DNA of 64,000 nucleotides from Savitreella phatthalungensis (taxonomy: Eukaryota), in the NCBI GenBank assembly GCA_051599415.1, contig AP039695.1:558001-622000 (forward strand). The letters are read 5' to 3'. The position numbers and the translations under genes are program-made. The notes below the pieces were generated by a model. The model made no database searches. It worked only from the letters and a program-made list of their open reading frames with translations, and was not told where the DNA came from. This document shows, piece by piece, positions 32,492-43,943 of the stretch (positions within the stretch are counted from its first letter, which is position 1; each line of letters begins with the position of its first letter).

Positions 32492-35400
32492 ATGCATCAT
32501 ACAATCAATCATTCAAGCTTGTCGGGCTGGACATTCGTGAGCTCTCCGTGGGTGGACGACGCGACACGCGCAAGGCCTCTGCATCGACCTTCTGAAGACG
32601 CATGGGAAGACCTTTGTTTACAACTGAATCGATATAGACCCCGCCCAGCAGAAATGGTGGTCCGCCAGCTTGCCTTGTCGCGCTTGGCAGGACTCATTTC
32701 GGATGAGGACGAGCACATACGTCGTTACAGCCAACGAGCCGATATCCATGGACCGGCTAAGCCCTCTAGACGAAGGGTTGATGCGTTCATCGGTCTTTCC
32801 ATGGCTTGTGTATCTGGAAAAGAACAACTCAAGATTGAGGAAGCTAGAGCGGAAATGGACGCGCTGAGCAGCAGCTGGCCGAAGGACAGCGCTGTTTGGC
32901 CACTAAAGGAATTCGACAACGTCGCTATCCTGGCCTATGCCGCTGTACTAGCCACCGACGGCGCCGCTCCCATCGTCGAGGAAGTCTCCGAGCTTTGTCA
33001 GCGTCTCTCCTGCGCTTCTCCGGACCACATCCATCTACTGATCAGACTGAGCGCCTTGTGTCATGCTTGTGCCCGTTCGCCATCAGAATTGACATATAGC
33101 GACTTTGTCGTCGTCGTCCGCAGGCTCAATGAACAGTTGCGCACAATGATCAGAAGCGCCGACCAGCTGCAAGACGAGTCGCCTGCTGGCCAGTGGCAGA
33201 TCGTTCTGCAACGACGATCGAGTGCATTTGTCCTTTCCTGGTCGGAGAAAACTTTGTCAGTGGCCATCCCGGGGGATCTATGGCGCGTGCTTGCGGATCC
33301 GGATACACTGATCAACGAAGAACTTCTGGCGGATGAAATTGTATGGCAGACAATCAATGAGCACGCACAGCTGCATTACGATGTCTGCAATGCGACGGCG
33401 TTCTCTTCGAGCTCGGACGAGATCTTGAGTAATTTGTTACACTGCCTGTGCATCGCTTCGCTCGGCAAGCATCATCTCGAACCTATGCTTTTCGCCTGGC
33501 TTGACAATTTTCTCATCGATGCGGCTGACATCGATGACGGCACGCTCGGCCTGAACATCGTACAGGTGCTGCAAGTTCTTGCAACGCGCTTCCAAGATTG
33601 TTTCGAGCGTGCAAGCGATTGTCTACGCGCTATTGTCATCGGGGCCGTCGCTGCCGACCGCCGGATCCCGTCCGCTGCGGCTCAAGCACTGACTGCTCTG
33701 CAGCGTCGCAAAACGCAAGAAGACCTGGTTTCGTCTATCTACAGCTTTGCAAACCATGTCAATAGTGCTGCGCTTGCGGACAAGTCGCAGTCACAAACGG
33801 CACTAGGACTGCCTTTGGAACATGAGCTGGACCGGAAGTCTATCGCAAGCGGGATTGAGCTTGCAGATTTCGACGAGCAGCGGGCGCTCAATTGCGTGAC
33901 TGCCATACGGATCGTCGGCGTCGAGAGCGGAGATAAACAGGTTGCTGCATTAGCGCTGTCTGTGTTGCTGCAAAAGTACACGCGAGGCAGCAACGCTGTG
34001 AAGTGTCAGATCGTACTCGATGCAGGGCATATAGCGACGGCTTGCAGCGACCGTGACATCGCTCGCACAATGACGTTTTTAGACTACGTCGAGCAGCGCG
34101 CCGATGACGATGCGGGTCTACTGCTCAGCCTGAGACAAGCAAGACATATAGTCGCAGAGTCTTTCAGTGGCGCGCTCGAGGCGGACTCATTCCTCCAGGA
34201 CCTGTTGCGCACGGCATGTCGTCGCCTTACCAGTAAACCCCGCGCGAACATGCTTGCTTTGTTTGACCCTATCGCGACCGTCCTGCAGCATGATGTGGTC
34301 GACAGTCCAGAGACACGGCACGCCTTCCACAATTTTTGGTTCGATCTCGTGATTGCCGGCTATACACCGAACAGACTGCTGGCCATGGAGGAGAGAACGA
34401 TGCTCACAGCGATCGCTTTGAGGTCTCCAACATTGGCTCTCGACTTCAGTACGGATTCTCTGGAGAGTGACCTTGATTCTTACCCGACTCTTCTTCAGGA
34501 TCACGAGCATGCACAAACGAAGAGCTTGCAAGATGTGATTTTAAAGCTCATTTACCATCACGATAACAAGAGACATGTCACGCAATCTCTGAGCTTCGCA
34601 AAGTCGGTGTATGTCAATGCTGTAGCCCTGGTAGAAGGGCTACGCGCAGAAGCAGGCTCCATCTCAACGACTTCATCCTACTATGAGCGACCAACATTGC
34701 CTAACAGCGATATTGGGGGCATCATGACGGCCGTTTTCGCCCATGTGACCGCTTTATTCCTGGTCAGGTACGGCCCGAGCGGCAGACATTTCGATCGCGA
34801 GATCCGAAAGCTGCTCATTGACGGCTGCTCGCATGTGTCAAGCGTACGTACACAGGCTGCGCGCACAATCGATTCGATTGTTGCCAGCAATGCTTCGGCA
34901 TTTTGCACCTTAAACAGTGTCACAACCTTGCTCGAGTGCATAACTCTATTGGGCCAAAGCTGCTACGAAGAGTACACAGATCGTTATTCCCCGTCATATG
35001 AGTTCAAGAGTACACGAATCGACCTGACGATCGTGGTCGCCGACTCTTTCACTCTGCGCAAAGACAATCTTGAGCTTGCCATGCGGAATGCACGTCGCTG
35101 GCTCGACGCAGCGCTTGTCGATAACGCGGGCGACCTTCGAAGCTTGCTAAGCAGTTACGTCTCATCGGAAGAGAACACCATCACGAGACTCACTGCGAAG
35201 GGCAAATTGCTCGCTGTCGAGTACGCAATGAAATGTTCGCAACGCGACCAACCTGCGCAGAGTGAAGCAGCCAGGGATGCAGCCGATGCATTCTTAGGTG
35301 AGCTCGCGTTACGTCGCCTCCAGACCGAAGTGCACTCTAATCCGGAAGGCAGCGTGACGGTATCGACACGATCCTTGCTGGAACGCAGCCGTCGTCGAAG

Positions 35401-37876
35401 TTACGTGCCTTACGCGGACCTCCAGGTGAAACTCTGTTCGTACGTGGCACGCTTGCTGGAGGATGGACCGGAGGATATGCGACTTCTGCGTCATCTCGTG
35501 GAAATCCCTTTCAACGTCTTCTCTATGCCTGTCATGACCCTTGCAACATCGCTTTGGACGAGGATCGCCGTCAAGAGGCCGCAACTCCTGTCAGCCATGC
35601 TAGCGGAGATTCACCGCTGTCTGATCGGCGGAATGCGCTCACAACAAGGTCTATTCTCGAAGAGCATTACTTCGTACGACCCTTTCTTTGGTGTGATGGA
35701 ATACGCGCCGACAGATAAAGAGGCCATTGCTCGCGAGGCAAGGCAGGCAAAGAGTACATTCGGTCCTCATGTGCTTGTCTTTCAATTTTTGTCCAGCCGA
35801 TTGGCTGCTCCAACGGACTTGGACGAAGGAGGGAAGACAGTCGTTTTTGGCCTGGTCAGGCGACTTCTGAGCAGGATGCGCTTAGGTCAGGCCAGCGACC
35901 ATATCTTTGCGCGTGAGGCGAAGCTTCGATTGCTCTGCCTGGCTCTGCGAGTGCGAGAAAGGCTAGTACGGCATCTCATGCCAGCAGAGGACGCCCGTTA
36001 CATTCGGCTTGTACTGGATGCGGGCCTAGCCACCTATGCATGCTCGCCGCGCTGGGCATTCGGCAGCGATGTTGCGCAGATGCGCGCGGACATGAGCTGT
36101 GCCGATTTATTACTGCGAGAATTGACCCACTTGCCCGGGAGTGCGGCGTCCGTAAAGTCTGCCATTTTGACAATCCTCTTGCGGAACGACTGCGAGAGAA
36201 TCCGCCTTTGGCTCGACCCACTGAGTCCAGGGCCGTCTGCGAATGATGGCAGACGAATTGCTGGCCTCTTGGAAGCCTGCTGGAGGGTCGATCCGCATTT
36301 GACAGTGGCGCTAGCTCGGAGGTTCCCTGCAGAAAACATCCGGCAGCGCGTACGCGCGCTCGTGAATTCGCAGCCCTGGAGAGCCGTTGAATTGACACAT
36401 TCTGCGGAGCTCGTCTTGGGAAGTGATATGTCTGCTGACATCAACCGGTCCTTGCCACTGCTTCACTTCTGGGCTCCTGCTTCTCCGCCTTCAGCAATCG
36501 CATACCTCCTGCCCGTCTTTGAAAGCCATCCGGCGGTGGTGCAGTACGCTATGCGGTCGCTCGAATCGCACGCTGTCGAAGTGACATTCTTCTATGTTCC
36601 ACAGATCGTGCAGTCGCTTCGTAATGACACTCTGGGATACATCTCTCGCTTCATTGCGGAGACGGCGAAGCTTTCGCAGCTCTTTGCACACCAGATCATC
36701 TGGAATTTCGATGCAAATGCCTTCAAGGACGATGATGCCACAATCGAAGATGAGATAAAGCCAGCGCTCGACAGAGTTCGCAAACGTATGCTAGCGGGCC
36801 TGTCTGCCGCGGACCTGGACTTTTATGAGAAAGAGTTCCGATTTTTTGGAGAAGTGACAAGCATTTCAGGTAAGCTGAAGCCATTCATCAAAAAATCTAA
36901 GCCGGAGAAGAAGGCCAAAATCGATGAAGAGATGGCACGCATCGATGTCGAGCACGGCGTATATCTTCCTAGCAACCCGGACGGAGAGGTTATTGATATA
37001 GAACGCAAGTCTGGCAGACCTCTGCAGTCGCACGCCAAGGCGCCTTTCATGGCAACCTTCAAGATCAAGCGGCGTGATAGCAACATCGAAAGGCTACAAT
37101 CTGCGATTTTCAAGGTCGGCGATGATTGTCGTCAGGATGTGCTTGCGCTGCAGCTAATTAGCTGTTTCCGCAGCATCTTCAACACGGTGGGCCTAGATCT
37201 CTACGTCTTCCCGTATCGAGTTACAGCGACCGCTCCAGGTTGTGGCGTGATTGATGTGCTTCCGAATAGTGTCTCGCGAGACATGCTTGGTCGAGAGGCA
37301 GTCAACGCGCTGTACGACTATTTCCGAAACACGTTTGGCGAGGTGGAATCTGTCGGATTCCAGAGAGCACGAATGGCATTCGTCAAATCGCTCGCGGCCT
37401 ATTCTGTCATCAGTTACCTGCTACAATTCAAGGATCGCCACAATGGCAACTTGATGTACGACGATCAAGGCCACATTCTCCACATCGACTTCGGATTTTG
37501 CTTCGATATAGCACCAGGAGGCATCAAGTTTGAAGCGGCGCCATTCAAGCTGACAGGCGAAATGGTCGCAGTCATGGGTGGTGGCGAAAACACACAGTGG
37601 TTCCGTCTTTACCAGGAATTGTGCATCAAGGCCTATCTCGTTTCGCGGCAATACAGCGAGCAGATCTGTCATATGGTCGAATTGATGTTGGGCTCGGGCT
37701 TGCCATGCTTCAAGGGACAAACCACGATTCGCAACCTGCGTAAGCGCTTCAATCTTGACGTGAGCGAGCAGCGTGCTTCTAACATCATGCTCGGCCTCAT
37801 TAAGGATGCGTACAAAGCTAAAAGCACAGCTCTCTACGACGAGTTCCAGCGTCTCACGAACGGAATTCCATATTGA
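32492..37876 (+). CDS. STT4: phosphatidylinositol 4-kinase type III alpha
   Basis: 1794 aa. FFYVPQIVQSLR, PLQSHAKAPFMATF, FKVGDDCRQD, KDRHNGN, HIDFGF, C-terminal QRLTNGIPY. Exact start uncertain. Confidence 0.95.
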   Translation: MHHTINHSSLSGWTFVSSPWVDDATRARPLHRPSEDAWEDLCLQLNRYRPRPAEMVVRQLALSRLAGLISDEDEHIRRYSQRADIHGPAKPSRRRVDAFIGLSMACVSGKEQLKIEEARAEMDALSSSWPKDSAVWPLKEFDNVAILAYAAVLATDGAAPIVEEVSELCQRLSCASPDHIHLLIRLSALCHACARSPSELTYSDFVVVVRRLNEQLRTMIRSADQLQDESPAGQWQIVLQRRSSAFVLSWSEKTLSVAIPGDLWRVLADPDTLINEELLADEIVWQTINEHAQLHYDVCNATAFSSSSDEILSNLLHCLCIASLGKHHLEPMLFAWLDNFLIDAADIDDGTLGLNIVQVLQVLATRFQDCFERASDCLRAIVIGAVAADRRIPSAAAQALTALQRRKTQEDLVSSIYSFANHVNSAALADKSQSQTALGLPLEHELDRKSIASGIELADFDEQRALNCVTAIRIVGVESGDKQVAALALSVLLQKYTRGSNAVKCQIVLDAGHIATACSDRDIARTMTFLDYVEQRADDDAGLLLSLRQARHIVAESFSGALEADSFLQDLLRTACRRLTSKPRANMLALFDPIATVLQHDVVDSPETRHAFHNFWFDLVIAGYTPNRLLAMEERTMLTAIALRSPTLALDFSTDSLESDLDSYPTLLQDHEHAQTKSLQDVILKLIYHHDNKRHVTQSLSFAKSVYVNAVALVEGLRAEAGSISTTSSYYERPTLPNSDIGGIMTAVFAHVTALFLVRYGPSGRHFDREIRKLLIDGCSHVSSVRTQAARTIDSIVASNASAFCTLNSVTTLLECITLLGQSCYEEYTDRYSPSYEFKSTRIDLTIVVADSFTLRKDNLELAMRNARRWLDAALVDNAGDLRSLLSSYVSSEENTITRLTAKGKLLAVEYAMKCSQRDQPAQSEAARDAADAFLGELALRRLQTEVHSNPEGSVTVSTRSLLERSRRRSYVPYADLQVKLCSYVARLLEDGPEDMRLLRHLVEIPFNVFSMPVMTLATSLWTRIAVKRPQLLSAMLAEIHRCLIGGMRSQQGLFSKSITSYDPFFGVMEYAPTDKEAIAREARQAKSTFGPHVLVFQFLSSRLAAPTDLDEGGKTVVFGLVRRLLSRMRLGQASDHIFAREAKLRLLCLALRVRERLVRHLMPAEDARYIRLVLDAGLATYACSPRWAFGSDVAQMRADMSCADLLLRELTHLPGSAASVKSAILTILLRNDCERIRLWLDPLSPGPSANDGRRIAGLLEACWRVDPHLTVALARRFPAENIRQRVRALVNSQPWRAVELTHSAELVLGSDMSADINRSLPLLHFWAPASPPSAIAYLLPVFESHPAVVQYAMRSLESHAVEVTFFYVPQIVQSLRNDTLGYISRFIAETAKLSQLFAHQIIWNFDANAFKDDDATIEDEIKPALDRVRKRMLAGLSAADLDFYEKEFRFFGEVTSISGKLKPFIKKSKPEKKAKIDEEMARIDVEHGVYLPSNPDGEVIDIERKSGRPLQSHAKAPFMATFKIKRRDSNIERLQSAIFKVGDDCRQDVLALQLISCFRSIFNTVGLDLYVFPYRVTATAPGCGVIDVLPNSVSRDMLGREAVNALYDYFRNTFGEVESVGFQRARMAFVKSLAAYSVISYLLQFKDRHNGNLMYDDQGHILHIDFGFCFDIAPGGIKFEAAPFKLTGEMVAVMGGGENTQWFRLYQELCIKAYLVSRQYSEQICHMVELMLGSGLPCFKGQTTIRNLRKRFNLDVSEQRASNIMLGLIKDAYKAKSTALYDEFQRLTNGIPY

Positions 37877-37968
37877 AAGCTGAACGGCTTGCGAATCCTA
37901 ATTTTCATGCATTGATGTGCCTGTATATATGTATGGACAGAATGCTGGCGAATGTGCCTGTTTCATTT

Positions 37969-39669
37969 TCAATAGGTGGCGCGAGACTTGCCCTCCAATA
38001 CATGCTGCAAATCGTCACCTCCTTCGATGGTATTGCCCTGCTCAGCTCCGGTAGCCTGGCGCTGACCAGCGGGAACAGCGTGGCCACTGCTCTCGATGTC
38101 ATGAGATGTCGAAGCCGGAGAAACGCCATCGTGAATCTTGGAGCCGGATTGCAAGAGCTGCATTTCATAACCACGCTGTCGGTCAGCGTCCGTCTCGGCC
38201 TTGTTCTTTCCCTTGCCATTGCCTGTCGAGTCGGAGGACTCGTCGGAAGCATTCTCGCCCTCGATTGTGGCCGGATTGGCGCCCCAAGTGAGGAAGTTGC
38301 GACGAGCTTCGACATAGTCCACAGCAAACTCTCCAATCTGATATTCGTCGATACCAGTGAGTTCACCTTCTTCGGAGGCGCGGAGCGCGAGACCAGGGAT
38401 AATGTTGATCGCATAGCAGATGATGCACGTCATGACCCACGTCCAGCCGATACATGCGAGAATCCACACGATTTGTTTCCAAATCTGAGCGTAGTGATGA
38501 GCGAACCAGCCTCCGACGCCATAGTTTATACCATCAAGAGCTGTGATGTAGTCTGCACCGAAGAACGCACAACAAAGTAGACCGACAATGCCTCCAACGC
38601 CGTGCTCAGCAAAGACGTCCATGGCGTCGTCGATGCGAACAAGGTACTTGAACTTGGTCGCGTAGTTGCAGATCGCACCGGCAAGGACGCCGACGGCAAC
38701 CGATGCGGATGGACCGACGTACCCCGAAGAAGGTGTTGCAGCGACTAGGCCGGCGATAACGCCAGAGCAGAAACCAACCATGGTGAAAGACCGCTCGAGA
38801 CGGTAGTCGAGCGCGCACCAGGTGATACCGCCGAGAGCACCAGCAATGTTTGTCGCTGTAATCGAGATAGCTGCTCGGAGATTGGCTCCGAAGGCGCTGC
38901 CTCCGTTGAAGGCCATCCAGCCAAACCAAAGGAAAGATGTCCCGAGGACAACGGACGTGACAGAGTGCGGTCTGTGTACGACGACCATTTCGGCGGGCGA
39001 ATTGCGGCGCGGCCCGAGAACGAACGAATAGGCGAGGGCGCCAACACCAGAGCCAATCTCGACAGGGCCGCCACCGGCGTAGTCGAGCACACCGAGCTTG
39101 AACGCCCAACCATTCGAGTTCCAGACCCAGTAAGCCATTGGGCAATAGACAATGGTCACCCAGACAAAGATGAAGATGGAGGCAGGGAAAAGACGGCCGC
39201 GTTCAGCGACCGCGCCCATGACAAGGGCGATCGTGACGCTCGCGAACATGGCTTGGAAATTCGCGTACAGAATTTCGGGAACGAGTGCGGTACCCGTCGC
39301 AGGCGCGCCAAGCACATTGATGTATGCAAAATTGCCGAGATCTCCGATAAAACCTGACGTGCCGGTCTTTGAAAAGGCGAGGGAGAACCCCCAGAAGTAC
39401 CAAGTGAATTGAGTGACGGAGACAGCGACAATACAAATCCAGAGCATCGATAGTGCCGACTTCCTCCGTGCCAAACCGGAGTAGAAGAATGCGATACCGG
39501 GCACCATGAGCCATACCATGGCCGTACCGATGAGAATGAAAGCCATATCTCCGGACTGATAGTACTGGTTTAAGTTTGTCGTCAGAGAGTCACCGCCCGT
39601 GGCAGGAGCATCCGATGGGTAGGGCGCTATCAATTGCGGCGTCATAGCCGCTACCACGTCCGCGTCCAT
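37969..39669 (-). CDS. ammonium transporter (Amt/Mep family)
   Basis: GIAFFYSGL, AVAERGR, DYAGGGPVEIGSG, WFGWMAFNGGS, DVFAEHGVGG; multiple TM helices. Confidence 0.96.
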   Translation of the reverse strand: MDADVVAAMTPQLIAPYPSDAPATGGDSLTTNLNQYYQSGDMAFILIGTAMVWLMVPGIAFFYSGLARRKSALSMLWICIVAVSVTQFTWYFWGFSLAFSKTGTSGFIGDLGNFAYINVLGAPATGTALVPEILYANFQAMFASVTIALVMGAVAERGRLFPASIFIFVWVTIVYCPMAYWVWNSNGWAFKLGVLDYAGGGPVEIGSGVGALAYSFVLGPRRNSPAEMVVVHRPHSVTSVVLGTSFLWFGWMAFNGGSAFGANLRAAISITATNIAGALGGITWCALDYRLERSFTMVGFCSGVIAGLVAATPSSGYVGPSASVAVGVLAGAICNYATKFKYLVRIDDAMDVFAEHGVGGIVGLLCCAFFGADYITALDGINYGVGGWFAHHYAQIWKQIVWILACIGWTWVMTCIICYAINIIPGLALRASEEGELTGIDEYQIGEFAVDYVEARRNFLTWGANPATIEGENASDESSDSTGNGKGKNKAETDADRQRGYEMQLLQSGSKIHDGVSPASTSHDIESSGHAVPAGQRQATGAEQGNTIEGGDDLQHVLEGKSRATY

Positions 39670-39819
39670 CCTTCTTTGCCAACGATCTGAAGGGCAAGAT
39701 ACGGTTCTTCAAGTCGCGAGTAGTAGTCTTTATCGAGAGTCCTTTCGCAGAAGTCAAGCGCACGAGCGCGGATGGTAATAAGGCGGGAGCTAGATGGGAC
39801 AAACTGCTTGACGGGAACG

Positions 39820-39990
39820 AAGCCAATATAATATACGCAAGACCAAAAAAGTACGGGGCCTGTCGGACGAGGAGGAAAGATAATCAGTCACCCGGCCGCT
39901 GATTTTCTCAAATTCCAGGCCACTGTGAACGGTTTGTGGATAAGGTCGAGAACTCCTGATCTCTTCCGGGCTGGAGACTGATAGGGGTTT
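39820..39990 (-). promoter_or_regulatory. probable nitrogen-regulated promoter of the ammonium transporter (GATA sites + TATA-like element)
   Basis: GATAA 39879, GATAAG 39939 and GATAG 39980 lie upstream of an AT-rich TATATTATATT element (~39824-39834). Amt/Mep genes are classic targets of AreA/Gln3/Gaf1 GATA factors. Confidence 0.5.
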
Positions 39991-41320
39991 TGAGTTTTAA
40001 CAACAGCTAGGTGGTCAATTCCAAGCATCTTCAGTTCTGTGCTTGATCATCATTTTCACCGCCGCCATCATTTGGTTGTGGACAAGGTATTTCTGTTTTG
40101 CGGTGTCAACTCTTTTCTCTCAAAGTGGCTATGCTAGGCTGAATCAATTGAATCGACAGAACTCAAAATCATACTTGGATCACACTGGTCCACTCACACA
40201 GCCGCACTCAGGATCCGACATTGATGGAGGCCGATCGATCCAATCTCTCCTCGAAATCAGTGGATCCAATTCACCAAATCTTCTCGGCCCCGCTAGCCTG
40301 CTCTGCGCCACCAAGAACGAGCTGGCAAACAATACCTTTCACGAGCAAGCAGCGGATCGATCGAAATCTGACTGTTGTGGGATTTGGAACTTGTTGGTCA
40401 TCAGTGAACTGGCCTGTGTAATAATTCAAAATCTGCCAATGACATCGCTCGACAAGAATGAGCTCTGGTATCAACGATCTCTTGGGTTTTAGCACCACCA
40501 GACTGATTGAAAGGGTTCAGCTTCATACAAGCCTTTCCCCGGAAAATGATCTCCTATCTTCTCCTGAGAGGGGAGAATCAACCTTTTTTTCAATGATTAT
40601 TGCCGCTGCGGGCCTTTCAGAGATATTGTCGATCGTGTCTGTGATTGGCTAACAATAATCTTTATCTCGGGAAATGTCGCTGGGTAGATCACCCTAGACA
40701 GTGATGTACCTGCCGCAAGACGGATCTCAGCTGAATTGACTGTTCGGGTCAGCCTCCATCATCAGACGTGCATGCGCCGATTCTCGTGCCCTTTCTCGTG
40801 CCGGCACTTTGGCAGCTTCGAGCATGTCACTAGGTGGATGATGAGCAGCGAAACATAAAACTTGTGAGGCTGTGCAATCTACCCTCCCCTCATGCGTAAT
40901 ATGTAGATAGGTTCTTCATAACGTCTTATCAGAACCGCTAAGCCTCAAGATGATCCTTCATCATTGTAGCCCGATGTCAATGTCAGCCGACTTGACGACT
41001 TGTTCCTAGATTATTGGCGACGAGAAAGAGGACGCCGACGCTCGGATCGCCTGAGCAGATGACCCATCTGTCGCGGCGCGCATGAGCACTTGCATACAAA
41101 ACATCGACGAAGTAGAAGCCGGTCATTATGAAATTCGTTACGTACAATGTGGGCAGGAAAGCGGTGCAGTATGTATGCACGCAAGAAGTGGCCTGCGTGC
41201 ATCACATGTCACCGAAGCAGGTGACTTCAATGCAGACTTTGAGATTCGGTGTGAATATGCTTGGACGCTGTTAGCGCAAGCTCCCCTCCTGAAATATCCA
41301 TCATCGCCTCCTCACCCAGA

Positions 41321-43057
41321 TCAGATCGCTGTTCCAGCTTGCTGACGGAGCTCTCGATCGTACACCTCGTTGTCACGACATGAAGCGTCATAAGGATTGT
41401 TGACGTGTACGCCCGGATGTCCATTCTGTGACAAGTTCGTCCGCTCGACTTGCTCAAGCATTCCCTGTCGAGTCTTTTGGATTGTGCGGACAGAGTACGG
41501 GCCTTCAGATTCGACGTCGAGTGTGATGTATTCTCGCATCATCAGCTCTCGCGTGCCATGCGTCAGAAGCCAGTCAGTATAGATTCGAGTGAGGTCCTGG
41601 ACTGCCGCCGGGGACAGCCGGCATTGTGTCACGATCCGATCCAAAACTGAACGCCCTCGACCTCCGGCGTCATCAATCTGCGCGAGCTCGAAGCGCAGGA
41701 AATTGATCCAGAAATACTTCGAGTCTAGACAGTCATCAGCGTATCGCTCAAAGACTTGCCGGGCCTCCTCGGTGGGCAGTATACGCGCCCACTCTGCCAC
41801 GAGAATCGCTTGTCCGTAGATGTCCAGATCTCCTTGATCAAGGCAGTTGCGCAGGAACTGTTCAGCAGCTTCCTTGCCACGCTGGCGGCGCTCGAGATGA
41901 GCCCGACCAACACAAGTCTCCGCGGTACCCGGGAGCTCGAGCAGCACAGCAGAATAGAGATCCTCTGCCGTTTGAATATGTCCGAGCGCTTCTTCCCACC
42001 TGGCAAAACCGTAGCGTAAGTACGGACGGCTGATTGGCACTGCTTGACAAGCCCGCTGGTAAATGTTACGCGTGTCATCCTCGCCGAGATGTGCCGTACT
42101 CCAACGCGCATATCTCAGCCAGAACTCATCATACATTGCACATGTGTGCAAACAGCGCTCATATAGCGCAATAATGCGTACCGGGTCACCTTCCTGCTCC
42201 TCAAAATCGAGATACCGGCGCCAATTGACAAGTTCCGCTGCAGGAAGCTCAGTTACATGGAAGTAAGCGCGGCGGATCTCAGACTCATATGGCCACCTGC
42301 GCGTCACAGCAGTTTGGGTCTTGTTGAATGTCTCAAGCTGTAGGTGATGGACCCGAATTCGTAGTTCCCGTTCGACCTCTAGCTCGCCGCGCTCTATACG
42401 TACTTTGGTCTGTCCGACTTGAACGGCCTCAACGGGTTCCTGCAACAGTTCTCGCCGGAAAGCAGTCAGAACGTCGGAGGGTAAGAGGTCAGAAAGTGGG
42501 CGCTGTTGACTCGTCTGCGCATAACGCTCGAAGTATCGAGCGTACTGATGCAGTGGCACATGCACGACCCTGTCCAGTATCCGCCATATGTTCTCGGGAC
42601 GCTCAACACGCTCCTCATATTCGAGGTATTTGTCCCACAAAGGATGAGCAAGGAAATCCAGGCCGACAGTTTCTAGCGACCTCTCAAATAGCTCTCTAAT
42701 CTCTCCTGGATCGTGAGACGTGTCCATCTTGAAGCTGCAATATTGGGTCCAGAGGTCGATGCTCATAGGGCACGATGAGACGGCTCGCTCGAGGACGAGC
42801 TCGGCCCGGTCACTGCCCGCGATCGCAAACTCGAGATCAGCGTACTTGCGCCAATAGCCGAAGAAGAGAGGAAACTTGCCTAGGAAGCGGTCGTAGACGT
42901 CTCGAAAAATGGCGATATGTTGTGGTGTTGATTGTTTCGACAACCCACCTTCGAGTGCCTCTGTCACGCGTACCAGGTTTTCCCATTCTTCCATGTTATC
43001 CGGCTCGGCGATGACGCGATCATTATGCTGCGACCACTCCGCATCGTGATACTCCAT
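41321..43057 (-). CDS. PRP39: U1 snRNP HAT-repeat protein Prp39
   Basis: FLGKFPLFFGYWRKYADLE, VGLDFLAHPLWDKY, PLHQYARYFERY, EIRRAYFHV, WRRYLDFEE. First ATG at 43057. Confidence 0.93.
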   Translation of the reverse strand: MEYHDAEWSQHNDRVIAEPDNMEEWENLVRVTEALEGGLSKQSTPQHIAIFRDVYDRFLGKFPLFFGYWRKYADLEFAIAGSDRAELVLERAVSSCPMSIDLWTQYCSFKMDTSHDPGEIRELFERSLETVGLDFLAHPLWDKYLEYEERVERPENIWRILDRVVHVPLHQYARYFERYAQTSQQRPLSDLLPSDVLTAFRRELLQEPVEAVQVGQTKVRIERGELEVERELRIRVHHLQLETFNKTQTAVTRRWPYESEIRRAYFHVTELPAAELVNWRRYLDFEEQEGDPVRIIALYERCLHTCAMYDEFWLRYARWSTAHLGEDDTRNIYQRACQAVPISRPYLRYGFARWEEALGHIQTAEDLYSAVLLELPGTAETCVGRAHLERRQRGKEAAEQFLRNCLDQGDLDIYGQAILVAEWARILPTEEARQVFERYADDCLDSKYFWINFLRFELAQIDDAGGRGRSVLDRIVTQCRLSPAAVQDLTRIYTDWLLTHGTRELMMREYITLDVESEGPYSVRTIQKTRQGMLEQVERTNLSQNGHPGVHVNNPYDASCRDNEVYDRELRQQAGTAI

Positions 43058-43212
43058 TGACCGCGTCCTCGAGGACGTGCCTGCCTTTCTAAATCGTGAC
43101 GTCTGGCCAGCTCCACAAATATTTATTTCGACCACAGATCAGCAAAACTCAATGAAAGACGCGCTCTGCCGCAGGTCATTTCGAAGCTCTCTAGAACTAG
43201 CTCGATGGGCTC

Positions 43213-43773
43213 ATGCTGATTCGATTTGCCAATGTCAAGACGCAAATCGATCTCGATGTCTCTTATGTGGCAACAGTGGAGCGCGCGAAGATTCCGCTAG
43301 CTCAGCTGCCCGGACCTACCTTCGAGCTCGCGACGCTTGATTCTGTCGCGCGTCGGCGATTGCGCGCATCCTTCGGGCGTGACAGCAGAGATCGAAGAGC
43401 TCTTATCGTGCAGGCTCATGACACGCAGTGGGCTATCTGGACCGCACGACGCAAATTATACGCTCGAGTATTGCGGAGAACGTTACCGGACTTTGCGAGG
43501 GCACCACGCGGGGCTACGAGGTTTTTGACAGTCCCGAAACCGGCTGTTCAAGACCACTCGACTGGAGATGACAGAGCGAAACTTAAGCGCATGATCATCA
43601 CGTCCTTAAGGCTGCGCAACATGACGAAAGAGCATCCCGATTTTCGGGCAATGTACACCCATGTCCTGCAAGCTGCAACATTTGCCTTGCGGAAGCTCGA
43701 CATGATCGACGCAGCCGTGTACGAGCGCAAGGGCATCGTTGTTATTGAGAATCTCTTGGATATGTTTGCTTAG
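43213..43773 (+). CDS. Sld7/MTBP C-terminal-domain protein (putative replication initiation factor)
   Basis: C-terminal KLKRMIITSLRLRNM...FRAMYTHVLQAATFALRK...IENLLDMF resembles the Sld7_C pattern (I..GLRLRG...YH.T.KA..FALR...VE.LL.LF). Confidence 0.6.
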   Translation: MLIRFANVKTQIDLDVSYVATVERAKIPLAQLPGPTFELATLDSVARRRLRASFGRDSRDRRALIVQAHDTQWAIWTARRKLYARVLRRTLPDFARAPRGATRFLTVPKPAVQDHSTGDDRAKLKRMIITSLRLRNMTKEHPDFRAMYTHVLQAATFALRKLDMIDAAVYERKGIVVIENLLDMFA

Positions 43774-43943
43774 CTACAGTCTCTATTGATCTTGTGAATA
43801 GCTTTCAGCGTGATTACTGCATATTCGTACGTAAGTTCGGTCTTTATTGCGCTGCATGATGTTCGATCCTATTGATGTTCAAGGAAGGGCATGACGCACT
43901 TTCAATACTTAAATTACGACGCAACAACAAGGCAGCTTAAAGG

